Source of the DNA: Trichoplax adhaerens
Taxonomy: Eukaryota > Animalia > Placozoa
Reading direction: 5' to 3'
Length of the DNA: 64,000 nt
NCBI RefSeq assembly: GCF_000150275.1
Contig: NW_002060951.1
Location: 188,775 to 252,774, forward strand
Shown here: one piece after another, positions 13,981 through 29,157 of the stretch
How positions within the stretch are numbered: the first letter of the stretch is position 1
Layout of the letters: each line of letters begins with the position of its first letter
The notes under the pieces: generated by a model
Told to the model about the DNA's origin: nothing
The model's input: only the letters and a program-made list of their open reading frames with translations
The model's database searches: none
Position numbers and translations under genes: made by a program

Positions 13981-16900
13981 CTTTATGTTCAATCGACTTA
14001 CAACTAGAATGATGAGCTGTAATTACTGTATAAATTAGTATATCAAAAAGTACTCTAAATCAAGGGATTTTGAAATCGAAAAGAGTTAATCCAAGTGAAA
14101 AGCAGGAAGTTAAATCTGAGGGTGTTCTTTTCAATATTTAAAAATATCAGCGGGACAATAACCTAGTTATTGAAAAATAAAAAAAAATTGATATCAACAT
14201 CTTGTCAATGAAGCATTTTTCCCCTATTCTTTCATGGCAAATAAAATATAAAATATTTTCATTCCATTCACAATATCATTGTGTGTTTGCGCAGTAACTA
14301 CATTTTTGGGTGTCTACTTGTAACTAATACCGTAGTAATTTATGCTCTTATACAGAGTTAGAAGTCAATTCATTATATTATATCAGGATAAAACCATTAG
14401 TAAATAGACTAGGTCGAATATTCGCCTAGCCTATATTGCTCTACATGCCTGTATTACTTTTGAGAAGAATAGACGGCAAATGTCAGACGCAGTTAATACC
14501 ATTTAAAATGCTATCGATCAAAGTCATGAAAATTATTCACACATCGCACCGACTATAACTAGAAATACAGTATACTATTGACGATTATAAAAGAAAAATT
14601 ATAACTTGATTAAAGTACAAACTAATTATTTAGTTTTCAGATATCAAGTTTACACGTAATACTAGACAAATCGATTGTTTCAAATAGAATTGTAAATGCC
14701 TGATTATCGTCATAGCACTGTATTGTATTTACAAAGTCTAATATCTGTTGAACGATGAAAATTCGTTTTACATTTTAAGTAATTACAGTAATATTGCAGC
14801 GTAATGTATCCGAAATGCGCGTCAACATATATATGATGTCATGGTAATGATAGCTGATTAAATAACTTATTAAATCTGTATTGATACTCAGTTCAGTAAT
14901 AAATAGCAGAGGAGTTTATAAGATGGATAAATTAATAATTTATGTGCTCCATGTTGAATTTTCAGTAAATGTTTCAAATAGGCATGAAAAAATTATAGGA
15001 ATATAGCAATTAATCTATACAAATTTTTCATTATAATTGAAATTTACACACAGGAGGATTATATAAATAAATATACTAATGTTATTAGAATAAAAATATT
15101 ATTTGAGTAAAATTTCTTTAAGACGGTAAAATAAACGTTGGAAAAATTGGGGGAATATTATAGGTTAAATAAAATCCTATATTATACTGCTACAAGTTTA
15201 TAATAATGAGTAAGAGAGCCTTTGAACTATAGTAATTAGCTAGCATGAATTTTCCTCTAAAGTTGAGAACAGAAGGAGGATTATACAAGAAAACAATAAG
15301 GCAAATCAAATCCTATTTAAGGTATGTAACAAATATGTAGCAGACGTGAGAAAATTATTAAAGTCGAAATACCGTCATTAATTCAAGCAGATTTCCAGTA
15401 ACACAATTAATTGACGTAGAAAGATTTAGGGATACAGTAAGCTCAACCTAATCATATTCATAATATACCAGTCGGCAATAATGATACCATATTAATGACA
15501 TCCGATTTAATGGTCTATTTTAACTCTTGTAGAATTTGTGTTCAAGTAATAAATAGATAAGAAAGTACTACTCCAATACTGCAAAATGAAATCAAAAATT
15601 ACTTAATTTATAAAAATTATAAATTGTGATTGAATCTAATTTCAAAAGTGTATAATCATGATCGTTCAAATACGGCTACAGTATGTTATTTCTCACTCAG
15701 AATACGTTTCTTAAAATATAATAAAATGCGTATATTATATACAAGCTATTTACATATATTTATTATAATTAAATGACACTAATACTTACCGTAGGTAAAA
15801 TGTCCTGTCTTCAATAACTAATAATTAAGAAGAAAATTATGCTATACTATTTCTGGTATAAATAGACTAATCCTATAATACTAACGTTTTTCCATTACTG
15901 TGTATCTATGGATTTTGTAGGATATTGTATCAATGTAATGTCAGCATTTTATGATCTATTGCGCTATACAATAATAATATTACTTGCAAGTACTTTATCT
16001 AAATTATACATAACAGTCGAAGAGGAGAATGTAGTATGTAAGGCTATAAACTGAGACATAATTATTGTTAGCACAACTTGAAACTTTTACACACCTATAA
16101 ACGATGCTGTTACGAAGGACAGCTCTCCTAATAAAACACAGGATTAGAGAAATTCTGAGTTGTTTTCTCGCTACCCTAACAGTAATTCTGCATTTAGCGA
16201 TTATTAATCTACTCAATTCTGAATGGTTAATCTATTTCAAAGCCATGGTCTACTGCATGATTGATTTTTATTAGCAGTACATAATATCTGCAATTATATT
16301 ACTAAATAACTTACGTCACTTATGTATTTATCCAAAATTTACTATCAAGACATTAAGACTGGGTGCGCCTTCAAAGCTATAATAAACTAATTATTTTTCT
16401 TTTCTTACAGCTAAAATTAGTCGTATTTAGAAGACTGCAAGTTTCGTCATTCTCATGATATGTCTCTGCAATTTCTTTAAATGATAAAATGGGAAGAATA
16501 AAATAAAATAATTCCCTTAATAACGACTGAAATAGTCAGCAAAATATCGTAATAATAACATATTGGCAAGGTCTAAAAAATTTTATATTATTTAAATTCT
16601 TCGATAATTGTACCGTAACTAACTTTGTTCCTTTAAGTATCTTGCGAAAATTAGCTATGTTATTTTATTCACAAAACTATACACATAAAGCCAAGCAGGT
16701 GTTATTTTTAATATTAAGGGTCATTAAATGAATAATTAAACTATTCTACTAGCAAATGCTCTAAAGTGAATAGAATATGAGACTATACACGAATTATAAT
16801 GACAACTGACATCATAGTCTTTATTCCAATAAAATAGACATCCTTACTACCTAAATTTAATCGTCAATGATGTTATTTTGATATGATATTTCTATTTTAT

Positions 16901-19900
16901 TATGCCAATCAGTGTCATCTGTGATATTTATTTTTAGTTTTGTTTTCAACTTTCACCTAGCTACGATATTGATGAATGACTCGAATTTTTGAGCGATAAA
17001 CTCTAATTTCAGATAGAATATCATTTTATAATTGCCTCAAAAGAGAATTGTTTATAAAAATCGTATTAAAGTAAAAATATTGTCAACTCCTAAAATGACA
17101 GCTATAAATCCTAAAATGCTCATAATATTAAGTTTAATAGCGATTGTGAAAGTTTATTTTATTCATTGGTCTGATTTCCTTCTTAATTAACATATAAAAA
17201 GAATTAAAATAACCGTTTCTGTAGGTATTCTAGATTTAGGAGAAAATTTCTAATCCTTCGAAAATGAAAGCTGAATGCTAAGAAATCAGCTTAATAAATT
17301 TGATTTTAATTATGAAACTTCAATCTAATATGTCCATTACAGTTCTGTAATTGTAAAGTAGTAAAGTGAGATCGTTAAATCGATTTTACTCGTATTTTAG
17401 ATTATTAAACAGAAATAATTCTGTCCCGATAGGCAAAGCTAAAAGTAAATAGCTATTTAATTAAATTCAAATTGGTTACAGGGCTTCATTCAATATGCTG
17501 CCTTGTTTTTCTTTCCAATTCCATAATACAAAAGAGTAACATAAGATTGACGCTATCGTGCATAACTGTGCTATTCACTGTGTCTGAATGATTTGGCTAC
17601 CAAGATATACGATAAAAATCTTTCATTCCAAACGAAAAGTATTTTTAAAATAGTACAGCAATAGTCTAATTATGTAGAAAATTTCCGTAGTGAATGCTGT
17701 TGACAGATAAAAATAATATCAAATTATTTCACATACAATTTCTAACTAGTTCAATTAATACTATAGGGTAATTCAGTCTATTACTTGGTAATAACTCTAC
17801 GCATGAAATTTTCTTTGATAATGAATTAATAATTATTGTAATTTAGTTCCTCTTAACATTTACTGTTTTCGGATATCATAAAGAACGAATTAATATTCAG
17901 TGGCTGCTGCAAATAGTTATCCAACAACAATCTTAACTGAAGCAAATTACAGTTTTACATAACAATCCAATATCAATGTTTAATGTAATAGTCCGACCTT
18001 AACCTTACCCAATACTAAATTAAGCGTTATTATCTTCATACTAATGAAATTTTTAAAGATTTCTCTTAAGCATTGCAAGCGGATATGTTATCTGGCTTAA
18101 TTAATCTTACCGGAAAATAAAGATATTTCATTATCCCTATCCTAATTATTTTGGACAATATAATTATGGATGTAAATGGTTTGGACTTTATTCTTTGATT
18201 TTAAAATCTTTAGACTTATATTATTGTTATAGGAATAGGCTATTACGCTTTCGTGAATTATTTTAGGTTAATATGGAATATAAAATGAGCAGTTTGAACT
18301 TGAAAAATTTTCTTGGTACATGATAGAGCTGCGTAGAACCACAGTCTTATTACGTCTATGCAAAACTACAGAGTAGTTTATAAACTAAAGGGTATGCTTA
18401 GGAAGATCAAGAAATATTATCGCCATCGAGTTCTTGCAACTATATGAAACCAATCACAGCTTCTATGATCGGATATTGAATTTTTACGAATTAATAATGT
18501 TATCATCTTACTTTTTAGCTATATAAATAATGGTCACCTTACAGAATTAGACTGACAAATTTTAAAGAATTTATACCACGATTGTTAGTTACACCACCAA
18601 CATGATACAAAACAGATAGCTAGCTTAAAAATTTAGAACTTAATGAAGGGTAATACGTGTGCATTGTACAGTATACTGTTCCGACTATGAAATATAGTGA
18701 CGAGCTTACAAAATCGGACGGTGAAATTTTCTGGAGTAAACAGTATTATCGTTGATGTATTAGACTAGGCAAATCTAATAAGTATCGTATAAAATCAGAG
18801 CGCGAACTTCAAGTGCTCGGAGAACAATAAGCCGCAATATTATATCCATACAGAATTAATAGTTAGTTCATAAATTAGAAAGACAGTGAATTTTAAGGAT
18901 CGACAGTGCTAGTCTTGCACATTATGGTCATATACTCCCAGAAATCAATAAATGAGAGTTAGATAGAGATGTTTAAGACTAATGATTATTTTTTTAAATT
19001 CATATGGTACGGTATGAGATTTAAGGAATAAAGCTACTATTTCTGCGATGCTGTAACTACGTAACGTCAATAACTAGCTAACAAAATCAAAAGTGAAGAA
19101 TTTTAATGGATTAAAGGACTCGAATACTATTACGGCAACTATGTACGAGTCGTAAAATCTACTGACAGCTTATAAGATCAATTAGTTATCACTTAATCAC
19201 TGATAAACCTGCTATTACATTTCAATATAGAGAAAGGCATTTTAGGACGTATAAATTCATTCTGAATGTATACAAACTAGCGTAAGGACATGAAAGAGAC
19301 TATACCCATCAGTTGTATGTCCAACTTCTAAATGTGAATCTGAACGATTTTCAAAGTAGTGTACCGGGGTAGACTGAATTTATTAATTTATTTGTATCCC
19401 ATGTGTACATAATTTATTACTTCTTTGATTGTGATGATCCATAATATTGGATGCCGTTATTTTAATATCATACTTCACTTTCCTAAATTCCAAGTAGTCT
19501 ATCTGCTTTGATTAGTTAATTTAAGTATTAAGGCATTCAGAGAAGCAAAATAAACAGCAGAGAATAGAATAAACTATAGCACTGTCTGTATTATGTTTAA
19601 ATGGCTAAAAATTATCACTAGCAATGCTATTAATTTCGATCAGCTACCTAAGATGTAATTAATAGCTGAGTGAATTACGTGCAAATCAACCTCATCAAGG
19701 TTATGAATAGAAATTAATCATTTTTTTAATTTATAATTTATAATATTTTCATGTAATTGAGTAATAAATATATTGTAGTAAAAAGTAATTGATCAATTTT
19801 CTTCAATCATATTATGATAAAGAAATAAAGCCTGAACCGGTACTAGAAAAATTCAGAATATGCTTTATCAAATGAATATAATATGTTATGTATACTGTAT

Positions 19901-20958
19901 ATGTCATAAAACATTTTAACTCCATGATTGTTTAGCAGTTTCAGTTGATTTTGTGTCATTTCAAATTCTGGATAAGTTAAGAGTATTAGTAGGTACTGGA
20001 TTCTTGGTTCCCCACTAGACTTTCTAGGAAAATTACTTGAATAAAATCTTGTAAGTCCATCTCCTGGGACATCTAATTCAATAAATAGCACTAAGGTACG
20101 AAATTGAAAAGATGTCTGCTACAGTGAGTTACTACTTAATAAAGCAGACACTATCATAAATTTCGTACTTTAGTGTTATAATTTGATAAATTATATAAAT
20201 GATATTACAACATTTATGATTTAATATGATGGTATTTGACCAAGTAAACATGCCTGTTGTCAAATCTAAGTTTATAAATGGGTATATCTTATGCTTTATT
20301 TATGCCACGTACCGGCTATCTAAATAATAGCACTTGTGATACGGATACTTCGAAATGAAATAATTAAGAGAAGTAATAGCTTTTCATTTTTAATCACATC
20401 GTATCATAATTATAATAAGTCTGCTAGCGAATTCATGATTGTCTAAAAAACACCAAGAGCAATTCTAAACAATGAAATAGTAGATTACGCATAAGGTATA
20501 TTAGCTAGGCGTTTCTAAATAAGCCTATAACGTTTACCTTGTAATCAAGATAACGTTATCAAAATCGATGAGTTTATACATTTTATTAATGAAGATATAA
20601 TGCTAATATCACGAAAAATCTGACAATGTAATTTCACATTACGATAATAATTTACCCAATATTATTTCACCCTTGAAATCATACGTGTAAAAGTATATGA
20701 TTGTGCTCTGTATAAGTAATTCTAGCTTGAATAAAATATTTGCAATACTATAAATGTATATAATCCTTTAATATGCTAAATGTGCTGGTATAATTTGAAA
20801 GCCTTTTTTTCTCGTAAAGTATCATAAGGTAATCGAATAATATGAGATATATTGCATTATTACATAGTACATTATTAATTTAATCTACGAAATCTCAGTT
20901 TAAATTTCGCATCGATTCCTCTACTTATTTTCAGATAGTTAGCATTTAAATATATAGT

Positions 20959-21588
20959 TGTGACAGTGTTATATACTGTATTAGAGTAGAAATATCTATG
21001 TTAGGATAATTCTGTTAGCCTATCCTTATTTACTTAACTTTTAATTTGGATATACTGTGTTTTTATATAGCACTGACTTTTTATGACAGTGACACATATA
21101 CACATACTGAAATTAATAGTTATAATAGGGAATGCAAATCATCTACTTACAGTTCGAATCATTGTGATTGTAATTTACTTATGGTAGATTGTAAATTATC
21201 ATGGAAATGTTCCGTGATAGGACATATCGTAATCTGCCTATTCTGTATTAGTTATCAGATATCTATTTTCTTAATTACTGTTGTCTGCATTAAGGGAGCA
21301 GTAGCTAAAATTAATATCTAATTCAGTGAATGATTCCAAAGTTAATCGTACTAACTATGACTCATGAACTATTGAGGAAGAGTATATAAATGCAGTATAT
21401 CATGTAATAAAGTCGATTCTTAAATTTGGTGCTTAACCTTAAATTCGAGGCGTCTAAGTCTTTGTGTAGTCTGCTAGTAAAGCAAAAGTGTTTCTGATAG
21501 AGCAGATATCGTTCCTTGATACGTGGTTCAAGGAATTGACTTATTGATCGTACATTACGTTATCTTGCTGCAGAGCTGTTTTGTGACA
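20959..21588 (+). mobile_element. Solo-LTR-like element family B, copy 2 (630 bp)
   Basis: TGTGACA...TGTGACA termini (TG...CA), 5-bp TSD ATAGT, TATATAAA at about 21384 and AATAAA at about 21406; reverse complement of 5338-5967. Confidence 0.85.
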
Positions 21589-24500
21589 ATAGTCAACCAT
21601 TTAAATTCATAGCCACTATTCTTCTATCACAACAGTTAACTATTATCCGTCATTTGACTGTTTGTTAACTCTGGCATCCACCCATGAAAGTCAAACGAAC
21701 TCGTAAATATCACTAAATCGAATTTCACTTCAGATTTTAACAACGATTAGGAATCATTATTGCAACTATGTGATTTTTATTATCATTAACAGAAGCTTTC
21801 AACTTTAATTATAGTTATGATACTCGTATTGATTGTCACTAATAATTTCTTGAAGTATCTCGAAAAAATCTATGCTATAATAAATAAAGTACTATCTACC
21901 AACATAGGCTTAGGCGAAGACATAAATAAATTCTCCAAAAATACCTAAACTATATAGCAACTATTATACTATCCAAACAAAGACTCACTGTATCTTTTAT
22001 GCTGGAATAGTTTATGATAGCAGGCCTTCCATATAATGTGATTTGGTTATTTCTCATGTCTTATGCCTCGCTCTATCATATTGCTCATTGACTATTTCAA
22101 TGAATGACTGATACAATAAATAACGTACAAATACCGGATATGCGGCATATAGCTGCGAGGGCAATTTCGGCCGCGGAAACATACTTGAAATAGTTGATTT
22201 AAAAGTAGCAGTTAACGGCATTGTCTCCTACTTTGCCCAACAATAGAGGTATTTTAAATTTTTGGTAAGATAATATTTGGTAAACGTTAGGAAAAATCTT
22301 AGATATAATATATTAGCTATATCGGTTCAACAGATTTCTAAAGCTATTATGACCTTGTCGAATAAGTGATATTTATTACTGCACTTTTAATTTTACCGGT
22401 ATCTTAGCTAGGATGTAAGGGTAACCGAATTATAATAAAATCTAATTAGTTCAATGAATGTATATCTTGTTATTACCAATGATGATGAAGTTATCGTAGA
22501 AATTTAATTTGATAACTCTAAATTGGAATGCTATTTTGGGTTGTCATCTTACAGAAAATAACTAGAAATTTGATAACTCTATCTAATATGTTATATCAGA
22601 AGGTATATTTAATGCTTATTGCTAGTCTAAACTTACCTTCAGAATAGTAAATAATCAACTGGAAATATTGTAAATCATTGCTATTGCTAAATTACTAACA
22701 GCAACATTTTTAACGACTTTTCTTGTAATAAGAATAAAACTGTATGATAAAGCGAGACTTATTTAGAGATTACAAAGAATTGAAAATTTAATAAGCTGAC
22801 TGAGGAATCAGGTTATTTTTAACATATTTCTATTTCTTTTCTAACAGTAGATAAAATTTGACAGCGCCACTATATTTGAGCAATATTGCATTTACGTATA
22901 AACATGTAAATATACAAATATTACATTTAAGGAAACTTAAAACCAATGAGGAGAATATATTCACAGCTCAAATACAACGTTAATAAAACTTCAGTAATAA
23001 TTGACCTATGCCGCTCGGGAAAATGTTGTATGATTAAATGTTTGGTTGCTATGTACAAATTGAACATAACTAATTAATTAATCCTACCTTCGCTAGGTCT
23101 TAGTATTTGTATGACCTGTATAAAATGTGTCTGAATGTAATTGGAATAGTGATCTTTCAACCAGTATCATCGGTTTTTTAACTAGAATTGTGTAAATTTT
23201 GTTGTAGATATCAAATTGAAAAATGGTCATGATAAACAACCTCTGATAGGGCAAATAGTCGTCATACGATGTCAAATGTATGTGGAAATAATGAATAAAA
23301 ATCGTGAAAAGCAGTTTTAAGAGATTTTCATTAAAAATAGTCTGATAGTTTTTTGAAATCAAAAAAGTAACTAACATTTTTAAGTGCTACAATAATTGTA
23401 AGTAAAGATAAAATTAATCTATCCCATTTCGTGTATGGAAGTAGATAAAACGATAATAATGGCGATGTTCGACGCTAGTAGAACAAAAATTATTCCGATA
23501 GTCGAATATGAGTATTTGCGTATAGTAATTTATTAATCGTATCAGCATGCAAATTTTATATTATCAAATACCTTTTTGACGTGGGAAACATACGCGAGAA
23601 AAGTGTATAACGTCTCGTGTGTTATTAGTATCCATAAAATGTGATATAATTCAATTTTTCATTAAATAGCCACGATCAAATTAGCTTACGAGTATAGCAG
23701 ATGGAAATGATTTTCTATTTAAAGTATGCTTTATAGCAATATGAGTACTACAGTATTTTCATCTAAAGCATGGACGTTAGGCTGCCGTTCACTTTGTTAC
23801 GCATTTATAAACTACCAAGGTACCGGTACATTATATGATGTATCATGTATGAAAACCTCCATTTCAGTTAGGGAAATAAAGTCAGCTTAGAATTTTCGTT
23901 ACCAAAATCAAAACTTACAAAGTTGAACTCTTTGACAAATTTAGTGAATTAAATATGTGTTTTGATAATATTTTATATTATTGAGCTTACCACTTTTGAA
24001 GTTTTCTCCTTTATATGAGGTATTCGACTTGAAATAGAAAGAAAATTTAAAATTCTAATACGGTAATGATTTAATCAGATTTTATTTCTTGAATTTTTAT
24101 TTATCTTTTTAACCACCAAATAGAAATTGGAATAAAATGAAGAATGATAGCCACAAAACTCCACTCGGGCTATGTCAATATATCGGATACCCTTTAGGCT
24201 ATCATAGTTAGCAAAGTAGAAAAGTGGCAAATAGAATCGTCAATACAACGTATTAGGATGCCTAAGATGACATAATATTAAAGTATGTAATCAATAACAT
24301 AAAAGCAAGGAGTTTTTTTCGCCTTTAATCAATTGAATAAACTGAAAAACAAATAGCGCTACCTAGATTATAATGTAGCAAGTAGACGCTGAATCTACGT
24401 ATCATGGATGAAGATATACAATGTTTTGTATTGATCAGCATCTACAACTACTGTAAAGACTAGAATAGCTAATAGATTGTTGGTATACCTTTTTGAAATC

Positions 24501-27500
24501 GAATTGTACTACAGTATAGGGACTGAACGGATTGCCTATGGCTATAGCATGTAGAGTAATAGTAAAGGAAAAAGAAAGGAAGGGAGGGAGGGAGGGATAA
24601 ACGGGCGAAGACAAATAAAAAATGCTGTAGTATTAAACGATGAAATAAAGTTTATTTTTGCTATTTATTAGGGTTTTTATTTTAAGTGACTGTAAATTTG
24701 TGAAGATGTCTCATCCCAAGTATATTTCTACTGTTAATTGTACATAAGTTTTTAGGAAGTATGAAATCTAATTTATTACGCTATATTTTACTTACCAATA
24801 GATGACATGGCTAGCAAAAAAAGGTCTGATGGGAAATGTACCCCTAGCTAACACTCCGCGTTTTTCAACAAGCAAACTACACTGCTATTGTTTCAGAAAA
24901 GAAACGATTAATTAACGCTAGCAGTCAATTACCTTATTTGCTGTCTGTTGTTATTTTAGGCAGCATCGATGGCTCATGAAACAATATACACAAGGTAGAA
25001 TCAAGTAACTGATCTTTATTGTATAGTAGGCATTGATGGTGTCTCAGTATCGTAATATCAATGACTTGTATGTGTATTGTTAGCTTAGTAGCAGAGGCTA
25101 CAGGGCAGTTCCATTCAGTAGATACTAGGGAAGATATAAATGGAACATAAATGGTATTGTTACTTAGAAAGTAGAAATGGAAGAGAATAATTGCCTTGAT
25201 GTTATGTTTTCTTCGCTGAAGGCAATATTTTAATTTTCGAATACATGATGTTTTAAATACCTTAACGTAACAGAAGAATAATAGTAAGAAATGGAGAAAA
25301 GCTGTGAAAAATTGCCTTTACCTAACTTCAATTGTTCATATCTTAATGAAGAGAACTATAGAAATAAAATCTTGCATAATACTTACAAACTATTTTGCTT
25401 GAAAGGTTGAATCAAATCTATAACAATAGTTATTCTTTAGTTTGCAAATACAAGTCCTGTGATGTGGGGTCTGTTTCTATTTACCTCTATTTCTTTATTC
25501 TTCATATTTTTTTCTTTACTTTTTAAATTTTTTCTAAAAGGAGACTTAGCCTAAAAGTGAACGTTGATCAATGAGTTCTGACTGATTTTATAAAATCTAT
25601 TAGTCTAAAATTACTATTGTTTTTTTCAGTAGATTGCATGCCTCTATCAAATTTATTTTAAACATTATTACACCAATTCTATTACAAGAAACGTACATAT
25701 AAAATGCTGGAATATTTATTAATTCTATCATTACTAATTAATCACTTATGATGTAGCAGTCTAGTACTGTGATGCTAATAAAATGAAGATAATCTGCCAA
25801 TGCACAGCATATAGCATCATGTTCACATGCTATATATATTTATATTTATTAACATACTGTATATGTATATGTAGTTCTTTCCTTGCAACTTATCTATCTA
25901 TAGATCAGTTCATTAATATCTAATAAGCAGTTGGTAATGTCACCCATAATTTATATTCTTATTATTATTTTATTGCATTTTTCGGTAATCACAAAAGATC
26001 CTTACAATAAAGATATATATGTTACGGCGAATGTCATGCTGAAATGCCAATGAGTTAGCGAATGTATGTAATCTGATCAACATTATTGCAGTTACTTGCT
26101 ACTTTCTTACGCATAGAAATAGCTTAATTAATGATCTCTCATAAGCTGGACTCTACCACTAGATAATTCTTAATCGAACCCACTTAGACATACATATTAA
26201 TCTTATGCCTAAACTAGTATATTGTAAATCTATGCGGCTTTTTGATAATTTTTTTAAGGTTAAATAAAGATTTATAGTAATTAAACTTGCAGATGGCACC
26301 TAGTATTATTTTAAAGGTGCCAGGGAGGTTTGCAGTAGGTCGTTATTATAAGTCTTATAGTAACACGTCTGTTGCTATAGTAAATTTATCTCCATTAGCT
26401 GTTCTTTTAGTATGGTGTTGTATAGGAGGCCGCCTTCGGGTATTTTTAATGTACTATCATATGACAGATCACCAAGCTATCTGTTATCTACGGTAAGCTT
26501 GATCCAAAATAGTAAATAAAATTCTGTGAAATGTTATAGTCATCAATTTAATAACACGGTATCACTACTCAAATGTGATTCGCGATATGCTAATTCAAAC
26601 TGTCTGAAAGTCTGTAAAGTTTATTGTGCAATATGAAATTTTAACGATTGGTTGTCTCTGTTAACGATCATCCTATTATCTTCCGTTATGTTTCAGCTTT
26701 TTGTACAAACTATTATTACCAACAGGCGTTGCCACTCACTAGAGAATCCCGCAAGAAGCATATACTTCGCCAAATTCAATACAACGCTCATGTACAATAT
26801 ACTACTATATTTATGTAAAATATGTGTTTCCTTTACTGTTATCCTGTACTTAAATATTATCAGTCTACTCATATATTATACGAATATTTCAAGTACTAAG
26901 TCAACTGTTTACTCTACAATATATGCAGATAAGTTAGTATTTCTATTATTTATGCAAGAAGATTCGATACAAAAATAAATAATATTTATTTGCACAATAA
27001 TGTTAAAGAAAAACATATAATTATAGATACATTGCATTAGGTTGATGAAACACAGGAATTCCAGTAACTTTTAGTTGATATTAATAAACAAGGCAGAACT
27101 GTTAATATTAGGTATTACTGTATACCAGTATATGGCTGTTCATATAAAATGTATCATGACTATAGAATTAAATTAAAGCGCGTCGTCAACAGCAGTTATT
27201 ATGTTTCGGAAAGTTTAGGGTCCGTCATATTTGCAATTACGCTACCAGAGTCAAATTAGCAGAGAAGTAGAGTTTATTGGAATTAGTGAAAGAGGAAAAC
27301 CGTGTGAGGTTACAGTGTGTACAATGAGGTAACTAGTCGAATAGCTATAGTAATGTAGAATAGGTAAAGTGTGTAAGCTTACCGTGTAACCAGTACAACT
27401 AACTAACGAGATAGATGCAAGATTAGCGCTTTTATAATGTAAGAAGCACAGCAGGAGGAAATTATTCATAAAGCACGAATAACTATTAGGAACAGTTTAA

Positions 27501-28714
27501 TTCTATATTAGGGTAGTAAGATACAATCAAGCTAGAGTATAAAAGATTTCCACATTATGAATAGTTAAATTTATATTATATAAATAGGGAATTATGTTAC
27601 AGTCTATACGGAAATTAACTTTACTAAGAACAGACTATACCGTATTTAGAAGTATACACTACCGCAGTGATATATAGAGATAATCGTATACCGTATGTAG
27701 ACAACGTAACATCAGGCAAATGGCTGATTAGCTCTCAATGATAATCATCTTAATAACTTTGATCATGCTTGGATATTTTTACGGTCTGATTTTAACGTAA
27801 AAATAATAAATATTACCGTCTACAGTTGAATTAGATTATTCTTGGCTATATCTAATATTTTATAACTTGCAGTCCGCAGCGCTAAGCAGTTCACTAGTAA
27901 TATCACTTTATGATGTAGTTACAATCTCTTAATACTGCTAATCACGCTTGGATATAGACATAAGCCAGCAGGTACTTTTACACTTAACAGACCAGAAATT
28001 ACAGAGCAATTAGTATTGAATTTATTAAACAATTCAATGCACGAAGAATTTTTCAGTATTTCCTCACAATTTCCTAACTGAGACCGGCTAATAAATATGA
28101 AACAGTAAATGCAGTTCTCGAAATGTTTCCACTATTGATATAAATATACACGTATGATGATCCACATGTACTCATATATATGATAAAATTAAGTACAGTA
28201 AATACGCTTATCTTTTATGACAGTCCAAATATGCCGTCTAGCTTATACTAGTAGTTTTAAAATAAATTTACATCATATTCTATCACTTTGAAATACCTAG
28301 TAAACATGGCTAGTAGTGTTCTAGTTAAAGTCTCATTTTGAATATCATATATCCACTAGTGCTGTATGCACGTATATCAGCGTATACTAACTGTAGGGTT
28401 ACTTTCGTTTATCCTCTAACAAAAATAAAAAAAATAGCATCTAATTCACTGTATCTAAAGCTGCCAAGCTATGATGTACGCGTGAGATGCAAACAGATCA
28501 ATTTTCATAGTATTTATTACCATACAAACAAAAGATTTGTCCAGTTATATATTACTTTACAGGCGATACATTGTATCGGATTACTTTTAATATCATAATA
28601 ATTCTTCATTTTATTGATACTAGTCATAACAAAATTTCTTTAACAATCTTTCCTTGCGTACAACTACCCTAACGCATGCAATAACGTTCTAGATTAAGAA
28701 CCACGTTTACTGTT

Positions 28715-29157
28715 AGTCACAAACCAGCTTCGTGACAAGAATAACGTAAAACAAATCTCTAAATTACTATAGTCTTCCGGAATTCAGTATCCCTTAACTA
28801 CCTCACAAGAATTTAGACGCCTTTGATTCTACGTTAAACTCAACTAGACAATTGAGAACTGCTTTATTTAAATATCTGACGGGCTTATATACCCTTCTAC
28901 AGCAGCTAACATTCACAAGTCATCTTATAAAAATACTTGGGTGAGAACATCTACTAACTAGTTTTTCACAGTCGGACTACAATATGTCCATTTACAGAAT
29001 CATTTCAGTACACATTACAGCACAGCATTAAATTTACTGTAACACATTTATAATTAGAGTAATTCCTATTGTAAGTAACTAGTTGTAATATAATATCACT
29101 ATATTATATTAACCAAATTTAGATAGCTATTTCTTCACGGTAGTTCGTACCGTGACA
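28715..29157 (-). mobile_element. Solo-LTR-like element family A, copy 2
   Basis: Reverse complement of 7858-8298; 5-bp TSD CTGTT; one terminal base mutated (AGTCAC instead of TGTCAC). Confidence 0.9.

Noticed and set aside
27150-27525. Possible additional solo LTR with TGTATC...GATACA ends
   Set aside because: Single copy in the window and the flanks do not form a clean TSD
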